Source: Phallusia mammillata
Lineage: Eukaryota
DNA: 64,000 bases
Direction: 5' to 3'
Assembly (NCBI GenBank): GCA_965637545.1
Contig: OZ281496.1
Span: 31,434,001-31,498,000 of the forward strand
Below are positions 46,626 to 55,609 of the stretch, one piece after another (the stretch's first letter is position 1; the number at the start of each line of letters is the position of its first letter). The notes below the pieces were generated by a model. It was not told the DNA's origin. It saw nothing but the letters and a program-made list of their open reading frames with translations, and made no database searches. The position numbers were made by a program, and so were the translations under genes.

Positions 46626-49600
46626 TCATGACGATGGCTCTTCATCTGAAACTTTTTGACGCTTTTTGGCACGGATTTGGTTTAAAGTTTCTTCGATGGA
46701 TCTCTGGTCGCGCTTGTTTGTGCTCGGAACTGAAACAACAGAAAGCACAATTAGAAATTTGTTACAGTTGAATCAGCAATGTCCAAGATATTTTTAGCTT
46801 CTGTGGAACATAATATTACATCTTTACAGCCAATCACCTTCTTTCTAAGATAAGTATTGGTTAGATTAATTCCAAAGTTATCTAATCCAGCCACTACTTC
46901 TTAGTTAATCAATAAATCCTAATCCGACAACAAGATATATAAGGCAAGTTTTTTGCTACCTTTTAATGAAAGCATGTGAAAAATTTGCCCAGCGTCAATA
47001 AACATATTGACTGCACAAACATAATCTAGAATTAATGACATTAACTGCACATGATTGGCTTGACTGTATGTGTTCAGTTGTGGGACTCTTGCAGCAAAGA
47101 CAATTTGTGTGACAAGCACTTACCCATTCCAAAAGTTTTGTTTGCTTCTGTTCGTCGTGCTGCGTCTTTAGCTGCCGAGGTTCCAATCAGGTGGTTGTAT
47201 TTGTCCTTGTAGTTTGACATTGGCTCACTGACGTCGTTGGACTTTGTATGTTTGCTTTCCTCAACCTCAACAATCTAAAATACAACATAAGGTTGTGGTG
47301 GGATTGAAACCTTTTTTGTCAGCCGGTTCTATCACAAAAGTCATATTTTCCGCCGGTTCTGTTACAAAAAGTCCATTGACAGTCACCAGTAATGCTAACC
47401 GGTTCGCTGATCTCATAAAATTTCGTGAGACAGTTCTACAGAACCGGCTGAATCCCACCACTGAACATAAAGTTGTCCTGGTGTACCTAGTTGTGGTACA
47501 GACAGTGCCAACTGTTTCAGCCTATAAGGTCTCATCAGTGCAGCTGGTGACAAGACATAGGAAGTGCTATAAGTATACCTGTATAGCATGTCTTACCACA
47601 AGCCACATTGATAAGACCTTACATGTCAACACAAGTAGCAATAATAAGTCCTTACAACAACATGCACTGTGCAGTTACTTTATCATTGTAAGGGCATATT
47701 TTGTATCTACCATGTTTTGCTGTGGCAACTGTTTTGGCCTCTTAAGGTTTTATCAGTGCAAATGGTGACAAACCACAGAAATTTCTAAAGCCTGGTATAC
47801 CTGTCTAGCATGTCTTGTCACAATGCCAACTGTTTCGGCCTATAAGGTCTCGTCAGTGCAGGTGATGACAAGACAAGTGCTAGAGGCTGGTCACCTGCAT
47901 AGTATATATTATTACCAGCTGCACTAATAAGACCTTACAGTGGCATGCACTGTTTGATACTTATCCTGGTATTGGCATATTTTGTATTCAGTGTGTTGTG
48001 CAGATTGTCTTATACTTTTTGTTGTTTGACTTTTTCCTGCGTTTCTTTATTCCATTCCTCCCCGTGTTTGTAAGCATTTATTTCATCTTCAGTTGGTGGG
48101 TCTTCTTTTTTAAACAACATCACATATCTGAAACATAAACAACAACCTCCATTTGATCTTTACCAGGTTTCTACCAGCAGGTACTTCAACTCAAGCCTGA
48201 TCGTTTAAGTTGTCACAGTTATTTATGAAAAAAGATTCATAATACAGTTATACTACTAGTTATATGACAATTTAAGTTATATTATTACCTTTTTAGTTTA
48301 CAAACAACTTTTGTATGTTTACAAACAGCAGGTACTTTGAGCCAAGTCTGATTGTTTAATTTTGTTTTAAAACAAGACTTATAATACAGTACAGCTGGTT
48401 ATCTGACAATTTAAGTTTACCCATTTTTACAAACAACTTTGGTATTTTTTGTTTGCAGTAGGTTATGTTTTGTTTAAGTGGTCACAGTTGTATATTAAAC
48501 AAGGTTTATAATGCAGTATACATAAGTTATATTTCCCTATTTAGTTTTCTAAACAACTTTAGATTTGGTATTGTTCGCAAAAAAAATCAATTCCATAACA
48601 ACTTGCCACACAAATGATCTTTTTGTTTTTACCTGTCATTATCTTCTACTCCGAACGCTTGTGAAGTGATGCCTGCTATTTCAGCTATCTCGTGTCTGAA
48701 TGACAAACAGTGGCATTAAATTTTCACACATGAAGTTGAATACCATGAACATATTTTATGTGATCAACAACAATTGCTTTTTATTCTTTAAAAGCAAGGG
48801 GGCAACCTTCTGCCCATGGGCCATATGCAACTTATATTTTTTTTGATCAGCTTGTGGAAAATCTGTGTCATATCCTTTCATGTACCAGGGAGTTTCAAAT
48901 TAAACACTGCATGTTACAGTTGCCTTTAAGTTATGTTTAAGCATCATTCCTGCCTGCCTCCATAATATTACTGCTACTTTGCCCCATATATGCAAAAGGT
49001 TGCCACATTTGTTTTAAAGTATCTCATAACAAACTACTTTCCATTTTTAACTGCAGTTACGGTTTAGGTTGCATACTTGCATTATCTGCAACTAATAACC
49101 TCAAATATGCTTAATTTTCAGTAGGCCTATTATCCTAACAATTTGTGGCAGTAAATGATAGAAAATTTTACAAACAAAACCGAACACAATTTTTTACCAC
49201 ACATTCTCACACAATGGTCCTCTGCAGTTTGTTCATCGCTTTCAATCGATGTCGTGTCTTGGATGAATCGCGAGCAAAATCTGAAATTGTCTTTTCAACT
49301 TCAACGCGGAATTTCTCTTTTTGCTCCCGTTCCACTTTTTGAAGTTTCTTTAATTTCTCTTGATGAGCTGAAACAAATTAGGAAGCTTTGCATAAAGTTT
49401 TATGGCATAGTCCACAAACCTAATAAAGTGTGTATCAAACTTATTTGGTTGCAAGCTGTTTTTTACTCCACCAATAATGCGGCATATTTTTATTGCAATG
49501 CTAATATTATTTAGACCACCTTGCTCTTTGATGCAATGTACATTTAATGTTCTTTTTCACATATATACTATTTAAAATATCTTGAGCACCTTAATATGCA

Positions 49601-49899
49601 AATTACAATGGGTAAATGTGTTTATTGTATTGTTTCTTGTTGTAAGACAAAATACTTAATTTGGTAACAACGGAAAAACATCAGTTACGAAGACCAACAA
49701 AGCTGAATGCAAATCTTCATCATTATTTCTACCCGCTGTGTAAGTTTCATCCAAATCAATGAAACATTTCATGGCAAAAAAAGTCGGACAAACTTAATCT
49801 AGTAAAATGTTTTTAACCTTTAGCCTTCTTTCGTTCCTCTTCTGATGCAGTTGGAGGTTTTTGCATCGAACCGAGGATTGAGCCGAGCAAATCGGCCAT
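46626..49899 (-). CDS. SPAG7: Sperm-associated antigen 7 homolog (R3H domain), 6 exons
   Basis: Not in the ORF track; read by hand. 49899-49818 [16 protein letters not shown]; 49367-49211 ..[11 protein letters not shown]; 48695-48633 [21 protein letters not shown]; 48127-48016 [25 protein letters not shown]; 47274-47124 [19 protein letters not shown]; 46729-46626 [24 protein letters not shown]. Matches my recollection of vertebrate SPAG7 along its whole length. Confidence 0.95.
47293..47463. mobile_element. hAT-like MITE of the CAGTGGTGGGATTC family in SPAG7 intron 4
   Basis: Right TIR GAATCCCACCACTG, degraded left TIR, and AACATAA on both sides. Confidence 0.8.
47497..47545 (-). ncRNA. Type I hammerhead ribozyme candidate (family B) with an intact catalytic core
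   Basis: Minus strand: TGCA-CTGATGA-GACC-TTATA-GGCT-GAA-ACAGT-TGGC-ACTGT-C-TGTA. Predicted GUC cleavage between 47501 and 47500. Confidence 0.8.
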
Positions 49900-50482
49900 T
49901 TCTACTTAATTAACAAATCTGGAACAAGATTGACAAACAAGTAATGATCTACACTGTGGAATAATAAAACTCAATTGGCACAACCTAATTTAAATGCGAT
50001 GAACAAATAAAAACAGTGATGCATCACTTTGTATGTTTGCATAGTTGAGAGGCTGGACCGAAAATGACAAAAAAGTAGGACGATATCGGCTAATGGCACC
50101 ACAGTTTAAATTTTCTTTGCAGGAAAACGTAAAAATTCTTCCTACAGCCTTTCTCATTTCTTATGACAAACATTACAAGTCCATTCAGTCAGAATAAACA
50201 ACAATGAAATGATTTTCTCATGGATACAATAACATGCCTAACACCAGAGTGTTTAAGTAGAATCACGAATTATCTTAAGGTGGACTGAAACAGGTAGACC
50301 ATTGCATTAAGAATAAAAAAACAGCTTTGGTTTTAAACAGGACCTGCTGGATGACCAGAATTAAACTGTTTTGTTGTCAAATCTACAAGTCACTGGTAGA
50401 CAAATGCAATAGGGGTCAAGAAACATTCCTGAGCACACTGGATAACCTTGTTAGGTTATGGTGTTTTATTCCAACACTTGAT

Positions 50483-53400
50483 TTACTTAATTAAACTTAT
50501 ATTAGTTGCAGGACTTTTGCATTGTCCCAGCACAGATGTCAATTCAGTTTCATTTCCTAAACTTGGAAAAGATTTAAACGAGCTGGTTTTGAAGAATCCC
50601 TTAAAGTTTCTCATCCACGAATCCAAAATGTTTTGTTTGTCCGTGACTTTCTGCTCCACATTTTTCAAAGTCATCCCCTCAAATTCTTTTTCGAGTTTTT
50701 GGTGTTTTAACTTGAGATGTTTCAAAGTTTGTTCCTCTTCAGTGGTCGAGTGCTCGGCTAATTTCTTTTCCAAGGAAACTATTTCTGTTCGAATTCTGAC
50801 TCGCTCTCTGAAAAACATTTTGGTAATATGTCGGCTGTTTGCAACAATAAAGTTATTGTCAAGTTTATAGAGCTTTTCTGGCAAGTATTTTTATTCCGAC
50901 GTTTCGACGTCCTATACAGGTCGTCTTCATCAGTTTTTTTACCCTGAATAAAAATACATTTGCCAGAAGAGCTCTGTAAACTTGATACTATGCCTGGCAG
51001 CAATAGCTTATATATCCATTGTCAGTTTGCATTTCGGGGCAATTGAGTAAAAGTCATTTAAACCCTGATCCAAAAACTTTATGAGACTTTTTACAGGAGT
51101 GGTTCTTGACTTTTGTACCCCATTAAGATAAAATTACTCTTTAAACCTTCTACAAATACTTAAATTAGCAACTATGACAGCATAGAAAGATTATGATGTC
51201 ATTGAACTAAATCACTCTTTGAAAAATGTCAACTATCCTGTTTTGGGGTGATCACTCCATGTTGAGAACCCTGTTGAACAGAAAAATTAAATTGGCCTTA
51301 CCTGATGTTAACTGTGAGTTTTCTCAGACTGTGGGCCTTCTCAAGTGGATTTTCAGTTTTGGAAAGTTCGGGGCATTTGCATTTGATCCTTGTTATTGTT
51401 GCATCTGGAAGTTTTTCCTCCAGAAGAAAAGCTCTTCTCTCATGGCTCGGATGCGTTGAAATATATTCCATTTCGCCGACAGTTTCTCCGGCAAATTGAT
51501 CACAAGCTTCCTAAAAACAATTGTCAACTCAGTACAATCATGGTTATAATACTTTTGTACAAAGAGGAAGTTCTTAGACTTTCAAAACATTTCCAATGAC
51601 ATAAAAAAGCCCAGAGAAGTGCAATATAAAAGAATATACTTTACATCCAAAAACAATTTGACATTTTGTAAAACTATGTTCAAACATTTTATCAAACTAT
51701 CAATCAGCTATACAAGAGTTTATTGGTTCAAATCTCTGAGTTTTATACTTAAATTTGTTTGTTTGTTCAATTTCTTGGATGTGCACTTGGATAAAGCAAG
51801 GATCTTAAAGGCCAATTTATTGCAAGTTGCAAGTTTGGAAACATTTGCATCAATGCTTAAATCAGTTAGCTATCTTATATAGAACAAATATAGTTCGCTT
51901 ATGCAAGCATCTTTAGTGTCTAAATAGCAACACAAAAAGGATTTAAAATTTTTGCGAGCTTTCATGGAAAATGTTTTCATGGAAAATTACCTTCAAAGCC
52001 ATTTTGTCCCACAGTAGAACGCTCCACCTCGGATCGTAACAAGCTTTTGCTGCGAGCGTCAAACCGACTTCGTCAGCCTCAACTTCAAGTTTTCTGCTAA
52101 ACGGCAAATTGAACCCAACCTCAAATATAAGAGGATAAATTAATTGTTGAATCGAATACACGATGAAAGCTGCAAAGTCCTCGAACAAAAACCAGATGAA
52201 TGATAAAACGGGAACCATAAGGATTTCCCCGAAAGCCAGGAAGCTTTGTTGCTCCTGTAAAAAATGGGAAGTTATAAATTTTCTCCTTACATGCATCAAA
52301 GTGATTGTTATGTTAACTTTATGTATAGAGTAACTTTGGGTTGTGGACAAATCATAAAGTGGGGTAATTACGCAACCAAGTAGGGCCCTACAAATTTGTT
52401 TAAAGAGGGTAAGTGAAAAATAAGGACAACTGATGTAAACATAGTTTAAAGCAGACAACTGGAATTACTGATTGAAGCAAACAAGTTGATTTAAACTGTA
52501 AGCAGCCTCCTTTGACAAGTGAACCTGTGGATACAGACATGCAAAGTCAGACCAATAACAATATGGTTTGGTTCAAAGGGCATAAATGCTCACATGCAAT
52601 CCAAGTGGTACCATGTAGTGTTTTGTACCATCCATTTTAGTAAGTAAGTAAGTCTATTTCGCACAAAATATTTCAAGTTAAAAAACTAAAAAAAAAAGAA
52701 GAATGTGCGGAAGACTCTGTGGTCACCGTGTCACCTACCCCTTTTTAAATAAACTTTAGACCAAGAAAGGATGCCTGGCAAGGCTGTGGCTTTAAACATA
52801 ACTTACCTGCACATGGCCAAGCAGAGCGTGGGACATCTCATGGCCGATGATTACAGCCAATTCCTCCCAACTGTCCAGCAACTTTAAAATTCCAGTGAAC
52901 ACGAATATCTCACCACTTGGCAAAACAAAAGCATTGTTCACTGAGTCGTCATTGACAACATTCAAGTTCCATTTGATGTTTTTCACCAAGTCCATGTCAG
53001 AGTTCCGGCTCACCAAGGTGTTTACGATGGTTTGACATTTTTGAAACAATTCTGAATCTCTGTTGACAATTTTGCTCTCGTATTCATTTACCAGTTGTTG
53101 GTAATTCATCTCGGAAAGGGCAAGAATTTGATCCTTGGTAAATGAAATCCACCTTTTTCTGCCGGTCAGTGGACAAGTGTCGAAATGCATGTATGAATAA
53201 TAACCGATGTACACCAAAGTAAAAGAAAGAAAACTCAACGAAATCCTATGCCTTGTCAGCTGTTCTTGCATTTCTTTTGGTAACTTGTCATGCCATTTTC
53301 GAAACGACCGACCAAACACAATAGAAACACCTTTAAGCACTTTAATGCCTTTCGTTTTCAGTAGCAATGCAAATATTGGGTTAATTGAGCTTCTGGGACT

Positions 53401-53562
53401 CGTACGAAACAAAACGACGTTTGGTCGATGATTTCTGACATAGTTTGGTCTCAAAAAAAGTCTCGATGTGTTTGTAAACCGGTTTCCAAATTGATTTCCA
53501 TCATAAAGAAGATTACTGGAATTCTTTGCTTTGGAAAAGAGAGCGAAACAAAGTCTAGACAT
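50483..53562 (-). CDS. OMA1: Mitochondrial metalloendopeptidase OMA1 (peptidase M48)
   Basis: 53562-52807: presequence-like N-terminus, CPLTGRKRWISF, NAFVLPSGEIFVFTG, IGHEMSHALLGH (HExxH). 52254-51991: LPFSRKLEVEADEVGLTLAAKACYDPR. 51510-51302: EYISTHPSHERR. A frame-compatible last exon lies at 50807-50483. Confidence 0.93.
50857..51017 (-). ncRNA. Family A foldback repeat with an intact minimal hammerhead core (50933-50898)
   Basis: Minus strand: CTGATGA-A-GACG-A-CCT-GTAT-AGG-A-CGTC-GAAAC-GTC, enclosed by arms of about 42 bp (50857-50896 and 50946-50988). Confidence 0.75.
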
Positions 53563-54722
53563 TCTTTTGCAATAACAATACAGACACAAATATAAACGGA
53601 CTGTAAGCTGCTGAAAAGTCTGATAAGATTGTTTTTATTTACAAGGAAATAACAATAGAAGAGCAAATCCAACGTCCACATACAGGGTATTCCCCGTTTC
53701 TGCAGTCAGGTACAGTGACATAAAAATGGTAAAATAGCATTTTACAATTTATAAGTCTTTTAATGCATTTAAAAAATGTAAATTACGTAGTACTTCTTGT
53801 GAAAATTTCACATTACATTGACTGGTTTTATTTGCACTGTAAAATGGCTTAAGAAGACTCATAATTTGAATTTATTGTTTTACAAGACAATACTGAAATA
53901 AAGTTTTTACCAGCGTAGGAATTTTTATGTTTAATTTACATAAATCTGTGATGTTCCGTTGGGTTGTTTTGTTGTTACAATGGAGTTGTTAAAGTAGGAT
54001 TTTTAGATTCGCAAATATTTTTAGTACTTTGACTTATCCTAAGAACGTCCCACGTGATTTGTTTGTTGACAACCGCGCGAGTTTCAAGTTTCTAAAGTTC
54101 GCAAAAATAAACACTGTTTTGTCTTAAATCTTTGGTATAATCACATTCACATTTCATAACAGGTTGAAATACCTAAAGGATACAATTTGCAAACTTTGTC
54201 AGTTTTTTTTTATTTACGCTACGTAAAAAATAAACAGTAGAAAAATTGTGTATGAAACATTGAACTTATCACGGTAAAATACTGCACTACTGACTACAAT
54301 GAGTCTTTAGAAGCAACGAGTGGCAAGTACGTTTTATATTGAATATGTTGACGTAATGTTGCAGCTGTGATTTTGAAGTATTTCTTAGCAGTTAACATAG
54401 TTTAGTTTGAAATTAAAACACAAAAAATGAAAAATCAGACATTCGTGCGATAACGCTTGCATTTTATGCAGTTAATGAATAATTTAAAACATCATGTACA
54501 CATAATTTTGCCTACTATTCTAGTTTAGTGCAAGTCACAGTTATTATGCTGAAATACAGAAATAAAGTGGAAATAATTTACACATGTGGCCAGCAGACTA
54601 ATTGACAGTTTTTGTTGTGCTTTTCGGTGAGCAAAACATGACTGTTTGGCAAGAAAAAAAGCCCCTAGCTCAGTTTAACTACTAAATTGTCAAGATAGGC
54701 AAGATTTGCGAATGTAAACAAA

Positions 54723-54900
54723 CATTGGTGGGATTCAGCTGGTTCCCACCAGTTCTATAGAAACGTCTCACAAAATTTTATGAGATCAGCGGAACGGTTA
54801 GCATTGCTGGTTACTTTCAATAGACTTTTTGTAACAGGACCGACTGAAAAATATGACTTTTGTGATTGAAACAGCTGGCAAAAAAATTGAATCCCACCAT
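54723..54900. mobile_element. hAT-like MITE of the CAGTGGTGGGATTC family, diverged
   Basis: CATTGGTGGGATTCAGC..GAATCCCACCA with a family-matching interior. Confidence 0.75.
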
Positions 54901-55409
54901 ATTTATACTGACATTAGAGAATAGTCCAGTGCAAAATAAATTCAACTCTCAGTGACAACTGCTGGCCACTGTATAAACTACAAAGGCACAATGCATGATA
55001 TACTTCTGGTATCCACTGCAGTTTTGCCTTATCTCTGTGTCACTGGATGGGCTTGCATAACATCTCGTGGGCCTCCAACACAAACTGCAAGCCTCTATGA
55101 TGTAAGTTTTGTTGTAAATATGTTTTACTTTATTGCTTTTTTTATTGTATTGAGAGAAAATAAGTTAGACAAGTTATTACTCACACCTTTATTCGCTGGC
55201 CTTATTCACTTTATTACCATCTAAGTTGAATGTGTGTACTGTTTTCACATGTGGCATAACTTTCATTCCCAAGCAATTGCTTGGCCATTGTAAGCTAGTT
55301 ATCTCCGTGGTTTATGACCAGTTGTGGCATCGCACACGATAGAGACGTATGGGTTTCAGCCTCTTACTCCCAACAAATTGAAATGGGGTGGCTGCACTAG
55401 CCAATACGG

Positions 55410-55490
55410 CCAATGCCTTGTCACCAGCGGCACTGATGAGATTTTTGGGTCAAAACAGTGTGGACTGTCTGCGACTTATCATTTATTGGC
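55410..55490 (+). ncRNA. Family B hammerhead repeat copy, degraded
   Basis: CCTTGTCACCAGCGGCA-CTGATGA-GATTTTTGGGTC-AAA-ACAGTGTGGACTGT-C-TGCGAC. Confidence 0.6.
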
Positions 55491-55609
55491 ATTATACATT
55501 TACACATAACTATTTTGCTTGTGAATTTGAATGACTAGGAGAGTTATAACAAAATAGAATATAATCAAATTTGTACACTGTCAACAAGAAGCCTAAATCT
55601 GACACTTAC

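Noticed and set aside
38556-53562. Functional clustering of two mitochondrial genes (ATAD3 and OMA1)
   Set aside because: They are on opposite strands and separated by SPAG7. Proximity alone is weak without synteny data.
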